Source: an uncultured Chloroflexia bacterium
GTDB taxonomy: Bacteria > Chloroflexota > Limnocylindria > Limnocylindrales > CSP1-4
Length of the DNA stretch: 64,000 nucleotides
Assembly: GCA_963752475.1 (NCBI GenBank)
Contig: CAVVYR010000026.1
Coordinates: 39,250 to 103,249 of the forward strand
Reading direction: 5' to 3'
Notes under the pieces: generated by a model
The model's input: the letters and a program-made list of their open reading frames with translations, nothing else
Told to the model about the DNA's origin: nothing
The model's database searches: none
In this document: positions 10,198 through 21,162 of the stretch, piece after piece
Layout of the letters: each line of letters starts with the position of its first letter
Position numbering within the stretch: position 1 is the stretch's first letter
Position numbers and translations under genes: made by a program

Positions 10198-11304
10198 TCA
10201 GCGCCTGCTGGGCATCCGTAGCCGCGGGCCCTCGATGATCGGCTCGCCATCGATATGGACGGCGCCGCCTGTGCGGTCCGGGCCCGGGCGCAGGTCCTTG
10301 ACGATGTCCCAGTGGATGGCCGACCGGTTGACACCGCCACACTCGGGGTAGGCGCGGCCGAGTGCGATGTGGGTGGTGCCCACGATCTTCTCGTCGAAGA
10401 AGAGGTCGCCGGTCCAGCTCTGGATGTGGCGGTTCACACCGATGCCGTACTCGCCCACGCGGGCGGCACCCTCGTCGGTCGCCAGGATGGTCTCGACGAA
10501 GCCGGTGCTGGGGCCTGCCTCGACCTTCGTCACGCGGCCGGCTCGGAAGTCCAGCCGTATCCGTTCGATGCGCTGGCCGCCAAAGACGACCGGGTCGGTG
10601 AAGGTGATGTGGCCTTCGACGGTCGTCTCCACGGGCGCGGTCGCGACCTCGCCGTCGGGCAGGTTCATGCGGCCGTCGAAGAGCTTCCAGGTCCGGCCCT
10701 CGACCGAGAACGTGAGGTCGGTGTCGTCGCCGGTGATACGGACCTCCCGAGCGCCGTCGAGCGCGGCCGCCAGACCCTTCCAACCGCTCCAGCCGTCATC
10801 GTCGATGCTGCCGAGCAGGAACTCGTCGGCCAGCGTGTCGTAGGGCAGCCCCAGGTAGTCGGCGTAGCTGGGCGTGGGCACGCGCACGATGCACCAGCGG
10901 GTCTCGGCCCAGCGTGCCGCGGAGACCTCGCCGTGTGCGCCACGCAGCAGCGCCGCTCGGCGTCCGAAGCCCTCATCACCAGGCTCCCCGAGAGGCGGCA
11001 CCAGCGCTCGCAGCGCCACATGCGTATCGGCCCACCGCATGGCGTAGAGCTCGACGTCCAGCCGCTGGCGCGCCTGCTCGTCATCCCCGAAGCGGCGGAT
11101 GGCTTCGTCGACCTCCTCGGTGTGCAGTAGCGCGTGGTGGTTCGCTCCCCGTCGGATGGCACCCTCGGCCAGCGCTCGCGCCAGGGGATAGGCCTCCGGC
11201 GAGGTCAGCGTGACCAGCAGGTTCTCACCGGCCTGCACCGCCACCGACGTGTCGAGGATGCGATCGGCCAGCCGGTTCCAGTCGGTGCTGTCGTCAGCCT
11301 TCAT
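10198..11304 (-). CDS. M29 family aminopeptidase
   Basis: NLPDGEVATAP, GEYGIG, FDEKIVGTTHIALGRAY and NRSAIHWD motifs. Confidence 0.9.
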   Translation of the reverse strand: MKADDSTDWNRLADRILDTSVAVQAGENLLVTLTSPEAYPLARALAEGAIRRGANHHALLHTEEVDEAIRRFGDDEQARQRLDVELYAMRWADTHVALRALVPPLGEPGDEGFGRRAALLRGAHGEVSAARWAETRWCIVRVPTPSYADYLGLPYDTLADEFLLGSIDDDGWSGWKGLAAALDGAREVRITGDDTDLTFSVEGRTWKLFDGRMNLPDGEVATAPVETTVEGHITFTDPVVFGGQRIERIRLDFRAGRVTKVEAGPSTGFVETILATDEGAARVGEYGIGVNRHIQSWTGDLFFDEKIVGTTHIALGRAYPECGGVNRSAIHWDIVKDLRPGPDRTGGAVHIDGEPIIEGPRLRMPSRR

Positions 11305-12796
11305 GGGCCACCTCGTGCATGAGGGTCCTGGTGGATCCGTAGAGCCGGCGCTGGCGTGATGCCTGTCGTTCGTACAACTCGGCCAGCTCCGGGTCAGGCT
11401 CGATGCGCCGGTCGATGTCGATCCAGCCCTCGACCTCGTCTCGTGCCAGGGCGCCGGCGCCGATGGCGGCAAGGATGGCATCGCCGTAGGCCGCCCCACG
11501 CTGCGTGACCACCTCCTGTGGCCGAGCAGCACAATCGCTGACCGCTTGGAGCCACGTCGGGTTGTCGACGCCCCCGCCGACTGCTCGGATCCGCTCGATG
11601 GGCACGCCGATCTCGCTCATGACCTCCAGGTTCAGCCGGATGCCCTGGGCGATGCCCTCCAGCGCGGCACGGGCGATGTCGGCACGGCCGTGGCGCAACG
11701 AGAGCCCGAAGACCACACCGCGTGCGTCGGGGTCGTGGATCGGCGTCCGCTCCCCGCTGAGGTAGGGCAGGAAGTCGAGCCCGTTCGCGCCGGGAGGCGA
11801 AGCGGCTGCCCAGGCGGTGAACTCGTGGTAGTGGTCGCCGATGGCGGCGGGATCCCGTTCGTCCGCCAGCAGCTCGATGAGCCAGCGCGTGAGGGTGCCC
11901 GCGGTCGAGGTCCCGCCGGCCACGATCGAGGTGCCCTCGAAGACGTACGGAGCGGCCCACATCCGCGGGTCCACCGTCGGTTCGCTGACGACGGCGATCA
12001 TGAAGATGCTGGAGCCGTACATCACCATCAGGTCACCTGGGCCCAGGACGCCGGCGCTGACGGCTTCAGCCGGGGCGTCGGGTGCACCGGCGATGACGGG
12101 TGTGCCCTCGGCCAGGCCCGTCGCCCGGGCAGCGTCAGCGGTCACGCGCCCCACGATCTCGGTGGGCCAGACCAGCCGCGGTAGTCGCGATGGTTCGACC
12201 GTGCCGGTGACCCACTCGTCGATCCAGTCGTTCGCACGGATATCGTAGAAGGGCCCCCAGTAGGCCGCCGTGGTGTGGTCCATGACGTGCTCGCCCGTGA
12301 GTCGCGCCACGAGGAACGACTGGCAGGTATGGAACATGGCGGCGGCGGCGAAGGCGTCGGGACGCTCGTCGCGCAGCCAGGCCACCTTGGGGCCGGCCGA
12401 CTGTGAGGTCAGGGCATTGCCGGTTCGCTCGAAGATGGCGTCGCGGCCGAGCTCATCGTCCAGCCGTTCGATCTGGGCGCTGGCGCGCGTGTCGATGCCG
12501 TAGAGGATGCCCGGGCCCAGAGGCGTGACGTCCGCATCGACGGGCAGGACACAGGGCCCGATGCCGCTGCAGCCCACGGCTTCCACGGCGCTCGGCGAGA
12601 CGTCGACCCGGGCGAAGACCTCGGCCACGACCGTGCACAGGTTGCCCCACCAGTCGGCCTCGGCGTCGTGCTCGGCCCAGCCGGGTCGGGGGACCCGCAG
12701 GGTGTTGGGCGTCGAGGCCCGTGCCAGGGTCCGGCCGTCGCGGTCGACCAGGACCGCCGTGGTCTCCGAGGTGCCGACGTCGACGCCGATGAACAT
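11294..12796 (-). CDS. FGGY family carbohydrate kinase (XylB-like)
   Basis: IGVDVGTS, LPYLSGERTP, ALEGIA and AVGGG motifs. Confidence 0.92.
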   Translation of the reverse strand: MFIGVDVGTSETTAVLVDRDGRTLARASTPNTLRVPRPGWAEHDAEADWWGNLCTVVAEVFARVDVSPSAVEAVGCSGIGPCVLPVDADVTPLGPGILYGIDTRASAQIERLDDELGRDAIFERTGNALTSQSAGPKVAWLRDERPDAFAAAAMFHTCQSFLVARLTGEHVMDHTTAAYWGPFYDIRANDWIDEWVTGTVEPSRLPRLVWPTEIVGRVTADAARATGLAEGTPVIAGAPDAPAEAVSAGVLGPGDLMVMYGSSIFMIAVVSEPTVDPRMWAAPYVFEGTSIVAGGTSTAGTLTRWLIELLADERDPAAIGDHYHEFTAWAAASPPGANGLDFLPYLSGERTPIHDPDARGVVFGLSLRHGRADIARAALEGIAQGIRLNLEVMSEIGVPIERIRAVGGGVDNPTWLQAVSDCAARPQEVVTQRGAAYGDAILAAIGAGALARDEVEGWIDIDRRIEPDPELAELYERQASRQRRLYGSTRTLMHEVAHEG

Positions 12797-12800
12797 CCCG

Positions 12801-13622
12801 CTAGAGCGACGAGCGGAGGTCCGCTACGACCTCCATCAGCTCCGCGGTTCGCCCGCGATCGGTCTGGTTCTCGAAGACGCCGTCGACCTTGAAGTAGGTG
12901 CCCACCACCGCGCCATCGGCGATGGCCAGCTGCTCACGCACGTTGCCCGGATTCACGCCGGTGTTGACGAAGACCGGCGTGTCGCCCACCGCCTCCTTGA
13001 CGCGGTGGAGGACCTGCGTGTCGGTCTCCGCACCCGCGGTGAGGCCGGAGACGCAGAGGGCATCGGACTTTGCGTTGAAGACGGTCGAGCGGGCGATCTC
13101 GGCCACGTCGCGATCGGCCAGGTAGCGCGCGCCCTCGGGCACGATGTTCATGAGCAACCGCACGTCCTGCGCGTCGAGGCGCCGGCGGTGGCGGGCGGCC
13201 GAGCCGACGTTCGTGTCCCAGAGCCCGAAGTCGCTGCCGTAGACGCCGGTGAAGATCTCCCGCACGAAGCGGGCGTCGGTGGCTGCGGCCAGCTCGATGG
13301 AGGCCTCGCCGTCCCAGAGCACGTTGACGCCGAAGGGCACGGTCAGGTCGGTGTAGAGCTCGGCGATGACGCGGGCCATGGCGATCGACGTGATGGGTTC
13401 GACCTTGGTCAGGTACGGCAGGCTGAACTCGTTCGAGAACATGACCGCATCGATGCCGCCGTCCTGTAGCGCGCGCAGATCCGCCCGAGCCCGCTCCACC
13501 ACCGCGGCGAGACCGGCTTTCTCGTCGTAGTCCGGGTCACCGGGCAGCGCCGCGAAGTGGCACATGCCGATGACGGGTTTGTGGACGCCGAAGACGTCTT
13601 GCAGCCAGCTCAAGTCGATCAC
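12801..13622 (-). CDS. BtpA/SgcQ family protein
   Basis: KPVIGMCH..LPGDP, MFSNEFSLPY, PFGVNVLWD and ADGAVVGT motifs. Confidence 0.92.
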   Translation of the reverse strand: MIDLSWLQDVFGVHKPVIGMCHFAALPGDPDYDEKAGLAAVVERARADLRALQDGGIDAVMFSNEFSLPYLTKVEPITSIAMARVIAELYTDLTVPFGVNVLWDGEASIELAAATDARFVREIFTGVYGSDFGLWDTNVGSAARHRRRLDAQDVRLLMNIVPEGARYLADRDVAEIARSTVFNAKSDALCVSGLTAGAETDTQVLHRVKEAVGDTPVFVNTGVNPGNVREQLAIADGAVVGTYFKVDGVFENQTDRGRTAELMEVVADLRSSL

Positions 13623-13716
13623 CCCATGTCGTGGTTCCTGCCCGAACTATAGGCCTCCCGCGGGTGCCAGAATGGGGCCGCACCGGGGTGGCCGGTACGG
13701 CGCGCACAAGGAGGTC

Positions 13717-14667
13717 GTGAAGGGGATGAACAGCGGATCGGGACCGTGGCTGACCGTGGTCGGCAGCACGATGATCGACCAGATCGCGTATGCCGAGCGG
13801 ATGCCTGATAGAGGCGAGACCGTCATCGGTGATCGCTTCGCCCAGGGCTTCGGTGGAAAGGGCGCGAACCAGGCCGTGATGGCCCGTCTCATGGGCGCCG
13901 AGGTGGCCATGGTCAACGCCGTCGGTGAGGACAGCTATGGCGCTGAGACGATCGCCAACTTCGAGGGCTTCGGCATCGACACCACCTACGTCCGTCGTGA
14001 GCCCGGCTCCAGCGGCGTCGCGCCGATCTGGGTCGAGCCCGACGGCAGCAACCGCATCATCGTCATCCCCGGCGCCAACGACGGCCTCCTGCCCGAGCAC
14101 GCCTCGGCGGCGGTGGCCGCCATGGACCAGGTCGATGTCGTCATCGGGCAGTTCGAGATCCGCCAGGCCGTGACCACGGCTGCCTTCACCGCGGCCCACG
14201 AGCGTGGCGCTGTGACCGTGCTGAACCCGGCACCGGCGGCGGCCGTGAGCGAAGAACTTGCCGCTGTGACTGACTGGCTCATCCCCAACGAGCATGAGTT
14301 CGCCATCATCGCCGAGACCGCGGGCCTCTCCGACGACGCGGAGGATCCGGCTGCCCTGGTCGCCTTCGCCGAAGGCCTCGGTGTGCGGTTGCTCGTGACC
14401 CTTGGCGAGCGCGGAGCGGCCATCGTGGGCACGGACGGCGAGATCCGGCGCGTCGAGACGCCCACCGTGGATGCTGTCGACACCACCGGTGCGGGCGATG
14501 CCTTCGTCGGTGCCTTCGCCTTTGGCCTGGCTTCGGGTCGGTCGGAGGACTCGGCCGCACGACTCGGCTGTGCCATCGCGGCGGAGTCGGTGCTTCGCCC
14601 GGGGACCCAGAAGTCGTTCCCTGACGATGCGCGCTGCCGGGCGATCATCGCCGGCGTCGAGGAGTGA
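13717..14667 (+). CDS. rbsK: Ribokinase
   Basis: GGKGANQA, IGQFE, LNPAPA, PNEHE and DTTGAGDAF motifs. AAGGAGG before GTG 13717; alternative ATG 13726. Confidence 0.85.
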   Translation: MKGMNSGSGPWLTVVGSTMIDQIAYAERMPDRGETVIGDRFAQGFGGKGANQAVMARLMGAEVAMVNAVGEDSYGAETIANFEGFGIDTTYVRREPGSSGVAPIWVEPDGSNRIIVIPGANDGLLPEHASAAVAAMDQVDVVIGQFEIRQAVTTAAFTAAHERGAVTVLNPAPAAAVSEELAAVTDWLIPNEHEFAIIAETAGLSDDAEDPAALVAFAEGLGVRLLVTLGERGAAIVGTDGEIRRVETPTVDAVDTTGAGDAFVGAFAFGLASGRSEDSAARLGCAIAAESVLRPGTQKSFPDDARCRAIIAGVEE

Positions 14668-14674
14668 ACCTGTC

Positions 14675-15217
14675 ATGACCATGCGTGAAGCTGCTGCCGA
14701 GCTGACCGAAGCCGTCGCCACGGTCGACGACACCGCCCTCCAGCCGACCATCAACGCCATCGCGGGCGCTGACCGCGTGATGCTCTACGGCTGCGGCCGC
14801 GAAGGGCTGATGATGCGAGCGCTGGCGATGCGCCTGCACCACCTCGGCCTGACCGTGTGCATGCAAGGGGATATGAACGCCTTCCCGCTCGGTCCCGGCG
14901 ATCTCTTCCTCTGTGCCGCCGGTCCCGGTGAGCTTCCCACCGCCTCAGCCCTCTGCGGCGTGGCACGGGACGCCGGTGCCATGGTCGTGGTCATCACCGC
15001 GGAGCCCGACGGAGCCACCAGCGCCCTCGCCGACGACCTCCTCGTCATTCCCGCCCAGACGATGGCCAACGACGTCGGCAGCGATGCCGTCCTGCCCATG
15101 GGCTCGCTCTTCGAAGGGGCCATGTTCCTCGTCTTCGAGGTGCTCGTGCTACGGCTTCGGGAGACGCTTGGCGAGTCGGCCGAGACCATGCGAGCGCGCC
15201 ACACCAACATGGAGTAG
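14675..15217 (+). CDS. SIS-domain sugar-phosphate isomerase (HxlB/Phi-like)
   Basis: YGCGREGL..AMRLHHLG, LPMGSLFE and RARHTNME motifs. Confidence 0.85.
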   Translation: MTMREAAAELTEAVATVDDTALQPTINAIAGADRVMLYGCGREGLMMRALAMRLHHLGLTVCMQGDMNAFPLGPGDLFLCAAGPGELPTASALCGVARDAGAMVVVITAEPDGATSALADDLLVIPAQTMANDVGSDAVLPMGSLFEGAMFLVFEVLVLRLRETLGESAETMRARHTNME

Positions 15218-15610
15218 AGCCCTGACCCGACGGGACTTCGCCTCAGGCCGACGAGGCGTGTCGCGTGACCTCGAGGCTTCACCCAAGAGGTCAGGTCGGA
15301 AGAGGTTCACAGGATGTCTGGGTGGGACCCTCCTGGACCCGGTCTCACCTGTCGATGTGGACATCCGTCGCTCCAGTCGACGCAAGTCCTACTCGTAGTC
15401 AGCGGATCCGGTCCGAGGCGGGCCAGGGATACGTGCGCTGAGCGTGGCAGGGCATACCAGCGAGCGCCGAGCATCGCCGCTGGCCGCCGGATCGGCCAGC
15501 TCGTGGGGCTAGCGTCGGCTGGGGCGACGGGTGCCCATCGAAACCCGCCGAGCGCCTCCATAGCGTCGGCGGGGGCGGCGAGTGGCTACAAGCCGGGCTA
15601 GCCCCGCTCG

Positions 15611-16555
15611 CTACTTCACCGCGCCCGCGCTCATGCCGCGGACGATGAAGCGCTCGAGCAGGACGCCCACTACGATCAGCGGCAGGATGGCCGCGAACGA
15701 GATGGCGGCCATGGTCCACCAGCTGATGCCCTGGCTGCCGGTCTGGCTGGCCACCATCACCGGCAGGGTGATGGTGTCGGTCGACGTCAGCAGCGACGCG
15801 AAGAAGTACTCGTTCCAGGTCAGAACGAGGGCGATGACGAAGGCGGCGATCATGCCCGGCAGGGCGATGGGCAGGATGATCTTGGCGAACGCGCCCCACA
15901 CGCCCTGGCCGTCGACGAGGGCCGCTTCCTCCAACTCCGAGGGGATGGACATGAACTGGTCCCGCATGATCCAGATGACGATGGGCATCACCGTTAGCGT
16001 GTACAACAGGATCAGGCCGATATGCGTGTCCAGCAACGCCAGCTCGGAGTAGAAGACGAGGAACGGCAGCGCCAGCACCACCGGCGGGAGGATCAGCTGG
16101 CTGATGAAGAAGAAGCCGATGTCGGCGTTCTTGAGCGGGCCGAATTGGTAGCCGAAGCGCGACAGCCCGTAGCCCGTCAGCGAGCCCAGGAAGACCGCCA
16201 GGGCTGAGGCCGAGACGGACACGATGGCCGAGTTCATGAAGCGGGCCAGGAACTGGTCGCGGACCGTGGAGTCCGCGCCGATCGTCTCCGGTGAGAGGCC
16301 CAGCGAGCGCCAGCCCAGCCAGGCCGGCTCGAAGTCGAGGAACGGGATGAGGTTGGACTGCATCACGTCGGGCGCCTGCTTGAAGCTGGTGGTGATGGTC
16401 CAGAAGATGGGGAACAGGGCCACGATCGTCCAGCCGATGAGGATGCCGTAGATGACGACGCGGCTGGTATACCACCTGGCCTTGTAGGTGAGGTCGTCGT
16501 CGGAGCCCCGGAAGATGACCCCGGGCTCGCGCTGGGGCATGCCCTGGGCGGTCAT
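15611..16555 (-). CDS. Carbohydrate ABC transporter permease (CUT1)
   Basis: EAA motif ELEEAALVDG and WNEYFFA. Confidence 0.92.
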   Translation of the reverse strand: MTAQGMPQREPGVIFRGSDDDLTYKARWYTSRVVIYGILIGWTIVALFPIFWTITTSFKQAPDVMQSNLIPFLDFEPAWLGWRSLGLSPETIGADSTVRDQFLARFMNSAIVSVSASALAVFLGSLTGYGLSRFGYQFGPLKNADIGFFFISQLILPPVVLALPFLVFYSELALLDTHIGLILLYTLTVMPIVIWIMRDQFMSIPSELEEAALVDGQGVWGAFAKIILPIALPGMIAAFVIALVLTWNEYFFASLLTSTDTITLPVMVASQTGSQGISWWTMAAISFAAILPLIVVGVLLERFIVRGMSAGAVK

Positions 16556-17652
16556 GTGTAAGGCCTCATCCAGCGGTTCAGGCCTCGGATGAGCACGGTC
16601 AGGCCGATGACGATGATGACCAGGTAGAAGATGGCCAGCAGCGTGCCGTAGCCCACGTTCGATCTGTCGCGGTACTCGCGGAAGATGAAGCTGGTGACCG
16701 TGTCGGTGGCACCGCCGGGGCCGCCGGCGGTGATGGTGATGACGATGTCGGCCAGCTTCAGCTTGAAGATGATGCGCACGATGATCGCCGTGAGGGAGAC
16801 TGGGAGCATCAGCGGGAAGATGACCTTGCGGAAGGTCTGCCAGGCGTTGGCGCCATCGACGCGAGCGGCCTCGATGACCTCGGTGGGCATGGCCTGGAGA
16901 CCCGCCAGCAGCATGATCATCATGAAGGGGATGAAGATCCAGGCGTCCAGCATCGACATCGTGATGCGCGCCAGGTCGGCCGAAGCGAAGAAGGCTGGGT
17001 CCTCCCAGCCCAGTGCCCGGGCCAGCTGCGAGATGGGGCCGAAACGGAACTCGAGCATGGACTTGCCGATCATCCAGGAGACGGCCACCGGCGACAGCAT
17101 CAGCGGCAACAGGAAGGCCACGCGGAAGAAGCGCCGCCCGCGGATCTGCGCGCTCAGCAGGAGGGCCAGGGCGAAGGCGATGGCGTACTCGGGGATGACC
17201 GAGATCACGTAGAAGACCATGTTGGTGAGCGCGTTCCAGTAGAACGGATCACTCAGCATCTGCTCGATGTTCCCGAGCCCGGCGAAGGTCGGGCCGGCGG
17301 GCGAGGAGAGGTTCCAGTCGCTGAAGGCGATGGCGACGCCCAGGAGCAGCGGGATGATCGTCAGCGAGATGACGAACAGGGCCGAGGGCAGGACGAACAG
17401 GATGCGCTTGCCCTGCTCACCACGGATGAGTACCTGGCCCACGCACAGGCAGACGCACCACAGGATCCAGGCGAACATCGCCGGCTGCCAGTTCTCGAAG
17501 CCGAGATCCCAGAAGCCCAGCGCTTGACCCAGCTGTAGCCCCGCAACCACCAGCAGCAAGACGAATGAGCCGCGGATGAGCAGGCGCCCGATCCGCTTGC
17601 GGCGCGAGGTGATGTCGTCCGGCTGGACGACGTGGATGAGGTCGGCTGTCAC
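16552..17652 (-). CDS. Carbohydrate ABC transporter permease (CUT1)
   Basis: EVIEAARVDGANAWQ and AGGPGGAT motifs. Start at GTG 17652 is inferred. Confidence 0.88.
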   Translation of the reverse strand: MTADLIHVVQPDDITSRRKRIGRLLIRGSFVLLLVVAGLQLGQALGFWDLGFENWQPAMFAWILWCVCLCVGQVLIRGEQGKRILFVLPSALFVISLTIIPLLLGVAIAFSDWNLSSPAGPTFAGLGNIEQMLSDPFYWNALTNMVFYVISVIPEYAIAFALALLLSAQIRGRRFFRVAFLLPLMLSPVAVSWMIGKSMLEFRFGPISQLARALGWEDPAFFASADLARITMSMLDAWIFIPFMMIMLLAGLQAMPTEVIEAARVDGANAWQTFRKVIFPLMLPVSLTAIIVRIIFKLKLADIVITITAGGPGGATDTVTSFIFREYRDRSNVGYGTLLAIFYLVIIVIGLTVLIRGLNRWMRPYT

Positions 17653-17784
17653 GTCCCGGTCCCGTTCCAGTGATGACGCGAGCGCCCCATGCGCTCGAGG
17701 ATGAATTGTAGCGGGGTGCGCGATGGTCGCGCACCCCGTCCGTGTCGAACGGGAGGCGTGGTCGGTCACGCCTCCCCTGGACAG

Positions 17785-19419
17785 CTACAGGCCGAGCGAG
17801 GCTCGGTACAGCTCGACTGGCTCTCGCGCCCGATCTGGTCAGTGATCTCTCCCAGCCGGCGTAGATCCGTCGGCGATCTCCTGCGCCGAGGCGCCGCTGC
17901 CGAGGCCCTTGACCAGCTCGTCCTCGGCCCTCGAGTAGTACTGGAAGATGCCGGGGATGCGCGGCTCGTTGGCCGCGTTGGGATGGTTATAGCTATCGAG
18001 GTTCGAAGACAGATAGTCCTCGACGAACTCGCCGTCGTAACCGGCGGCCTCCCACTCCTCATAGATGAAGTGCGAGTTGCGGTACGGCTGGAAGCCGGAC
18101 GGATAGGCCGAGGTCCACAGCGACAGGTCCTTGCCGCCGAGGTGGGCAGCAGCCGACCACGCGCACTTGCGCTTCATCTCGTCGTCGGAGACGCGGTTGG
18201 TGACGTACACGCCCCAGCCGATATAGGCGTTGTGCGGGGAGACGTTGGCGTTCTCGTCCCACTCGCCGCTGCGCCAGTCGTAGACCTTGGTGGTGCCGGG
18301 GTTGATGTCGAAGCCGACCACGTCACCCACCAGCGAGGTGTCGCTGGTGCGCGCGTTCGAGCCCACGTCGCCCCACCACATCACGTTGCCGCCAGTGCCG
18401 GCAAGGAACTGCTGGAAGGCGGTGGTGTTGGGGTCTGCGTTGATCTGATCGGGCGGATAGGCGCCATCGGCGGCCATGAGGTCCATGACGTCCTGGATGG
18501 CCTGGACCCAGCCGGGGTTGTTGACCAGCGGCTCCATGGTGTCCGGATCGAACAGCCAGGCCGACTCGTCGGGATGCTTGACGTACGGCGCCGCCCTGTC
18601 TGCGAGGAAGTAGAAGCCGAAGCCGCCCCACAGGTAGTTCAGCGGATCGACCACGCCGTAGGCGTCCAGCCCGGTCAGCGGGTCGGTCTTGCCGGCGAGG
18701 AACTTGGCCTGGGCGTTCATCTCTTCCCAGGTCGTGGCCGGTGCCCACTCGCTGCCGGCGGTGTTGAACTCGGACTCGGCCCACTCGGCGGCCCACTCCT
18801 CCTGGTCGTAGTAGTCGGTGCGGTAGGCCAGGGTGTGCGTGTCGCCGTCGATGGAGATGCGATACGTCTCGTCGCCCCAGGTGCCGATCGGCGGCTTCAG
18901 GTAGTCGACGTAGTCGTCCATCTCGATCTGCTCGGCGACCCATTCGGGCATGGGGTCAAGCAGGCCGCGGCCGGCCGTGTCGCCCTCGAAGGGGGCGCCC
19001 ATCTCCATGATGTCCCAGTCGACCGTGCCCGTGGCGATGGCTTGCTGCAGGCGGCCGTTGTAGTCGTCCTGCGCCAGGTCGATCCAATCGATCGAGGCGC
19101 CCGTATAGTCCTCCCACGGCTTCAGGAAGCCACGGAAGAGGAAATTGTGCAGGTTCTGGTTGTTGAGCCCCATGAAGGTGAGCTCGACGCCGCTGCACTC
19201 GCCCTCGGCGATATTGGCCTTCGTCGGGCCCAGGGTCAGCTCACCGACCGCTTGCCAATCGGCATCGGTAGGACTGCCCATCCCGACTCCGGGGATCTGC
19301 AGGATCTGCGCTCGGACATCGTCCTGTGCCAGAGCCGGTACCGCCCCGACCGTCAGGGCAGCGACCACACCTAGAGCTGTGGCCCTCTTGAGCATGCCTC
19401 GCTCATTGACCTTGACCAT
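17785..19419 (-). CDS. Extracellular solute-binding protein (family 1); indels in the last ~30 codons
   Basis: GAGG SD and signal peptide. The C-terminus continues in other frames (EITDQIGRESQ, then ELYRASLGL-stop). Confidence 0.85.
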
Positions 19420-19620
19420 GTTCCACCCTCCTCATGGGAAGACACATCAGTCCGCAGCAGTGCCGTCTGACACTGGAGGCAGACTGTTAGGTTGCGCTAG
19501 GGTAGCGCTCATATCGAGGCCCATGTCAACGTTTTCGACATCGATGACAACGATTGCGTGCGTCGGGCCTGATGGAAACGCTTCCAATTCGAACGAGCCA
19601 GTCTTCGGGAGGGATATCGG

Positions 19621-20070
19621 ATGCTCAAGGGGATCGACCACCGGCTGAACGCCGACGTGCTGTACACGCTGCGGGCCATGGGCCACGGCGACTACCTGAT
19701 CATCAGCGACACCAACTTCCCGGCCAATTCGATCGCCTCGGAGACCCGCGCCGGCGAGCTCATCCGGATGGAGAACCTGACGGCGGCGGAGGCCATCAAC
19801 GCCATCCTCTCGGTGATGCCGCTGGACACGTTCGTAGACGACTTCGCCGGCCGCATGCGCGTGGGTGATGACCCCGACGACATCCCCGCGGTGCAGCAGG
19901 AGGTCATCGCCGAGGTCCAGGCCACGGGCGAGTCGCGAGCCATCGAGGACATCGACCGCTTCGCCTTCTACGACCTGGCCAAGGGTGCCTACGCGGTCAT
20001 CCAGACCGGCGAGCGCCGTTTCTACGGCTGCTTCATGTTGCGCAAGGGCGTCATCCCGCCGGAGGAGTAG
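19621..20070 (+). CDS. RbsD/FucU family sugar mutarotase/pyranase
   Basis: MLKGI..LRAMGHGD..DTNFP, RFAFY and QTGERRFYGC motifs. Confidence 0.92.
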   Translation: MLKGIDHRLNADVLYTLRAMGHGDYLIISDTNFPANSIASETRAGELIRMENLTAAEAINAILSVMPLDTFVDDFAGRMRVGDDPDDIPAVQQEVIAEVQATGESRAIEDIDRFAFYDLAKGAYAVIQTGERRFYGCFMLRKGVIPPEE

Positions 20071-20163
20071 GCAGGAGCAGCATCAGCGACCGGCACCACG
20101 GCCTCATCCTGGTCACCTGCGAACCCCCGTGGCGCGTGACGCCGCGGGGGTCCTGATTCGAAC

Positions 20164-21162
20164 TCAGCCGAAACGTGAACGCAGTTCCGGCAGCACGGAC
20201 TCTGCGTAGAGGGCCATGGCCCGTTCCTGGTCGTCGCCGGGGAAGTGGAAGACGAGGTGGTCGAAGCCCCACTCGAGGTAGGGGCGGATCTGCTCGATGT
20301 GCTCTTCGACATCGTCGCTCACGAGCCAGCGCCGGTGGGCCACGTCCTCGACCGTCTTGGCCAGCCGCTCCATCTCGCGCGGATCCTCGACGCCCGTCTT
20401 CTGCTCTCCCGACAGCGCGAGGGCAGCCCAGATCTTGGTGTCCTCCATGGCGCGGGCGCGATCGGTGTCGAAGCTGACCTTCATCTCGATCATGCGGCTG
20501 ATGGCGTCGTCGGCACGCCCAGCCTTCTCGAGGCCCTCCCGTACGGCCGGCAGCAGCTTCTCGGTGTAGAGCTCGGTGGCCTTGCCGCTGGTCGAGATGT
20601 AGCCCTCGGCGATGCGGCCGGCGAGCCGTGAGGCCGCAGGGCCGGATCCGGCGACGTACACCGGCACCGGCTCATCGGGCTTGTCGTAGATGGTCGCGTT
20701 GTGGGTCTTGTAGAACTCGCCCTCGAAGCTGACGAAGTCGTCGCGGAAGAGTTGCTGCATCAGCAGCACCGACTCCTTGAGCCGGTGGAAGCGCTCCTTC
20801 TGCTCGGGCCACGCAGCACCCACTACGACCTCGTTGAGCGATTCACCCGTGCCCACACCCAGGATCACCCGACCCGGCGCCAGGCAGCCGAGCGTGGCGA
20901 AGGCCTGGGCCACGACCGCGGGGTTGTAGCGCAGGGTGGGAGTGAGCACGCTGGTGCCCAGGATGACGCGCTCGGTGGAGGCGGCCGCCGCACCCAGCCA
21001 GGCAAGGGCGTTGGGAGCGTGGCCGTCGGTGTGGCGCCAGGGCTGGTAGTGATCGCTGGTCCAGACCGAGTCATAGCCGAGCGAGTCTGCGAGGACGGCG
21101 TAGTCGAGGAGCTGCTGGGGGCCGAACTGTTCGGCCGAAGCCTTGTAGCCGAGTCGAAGCAT
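20164..21162 (-). CDS. fgd: F420-dependent glucose-6-phosphate dehydrogenase
   Basis: LGYKASAEQFGP, SDHYQPWRH..GHAP, GTSVLTPTLRYNPAVVAQAFATL and GTGESLNE motifs. Confidence 0.9.
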   Translation of the reverse strand: MLRLGYKASAEQFGPQQLLDYAVLADSLGYDSVWTSDHYQPWRHTDGHAPNALAWLGAAAASTERVILGTSVLTPTLRYNPAVVAQAFATLGCLAPGRVILGVGTGESLNEVVVGAAWPEQKERFHRLKESVLLMQQLFRDDFVSFEGEFYKTHNATIYDKPDEPVPVYVAGSGPAASRLAGRIAEGYISTSGKATELYTEKLLPAVREGLEKAGRADDAISRMIEMKVSFDTDRARAMEDTKIWAALALSGEQKTGVEDPREMERLAKTVEDVAHRRWLVSDDVEEHIEQIRPYLEWGFDHLVFHFPGDDQERAMALYAESVLPELRSRFG

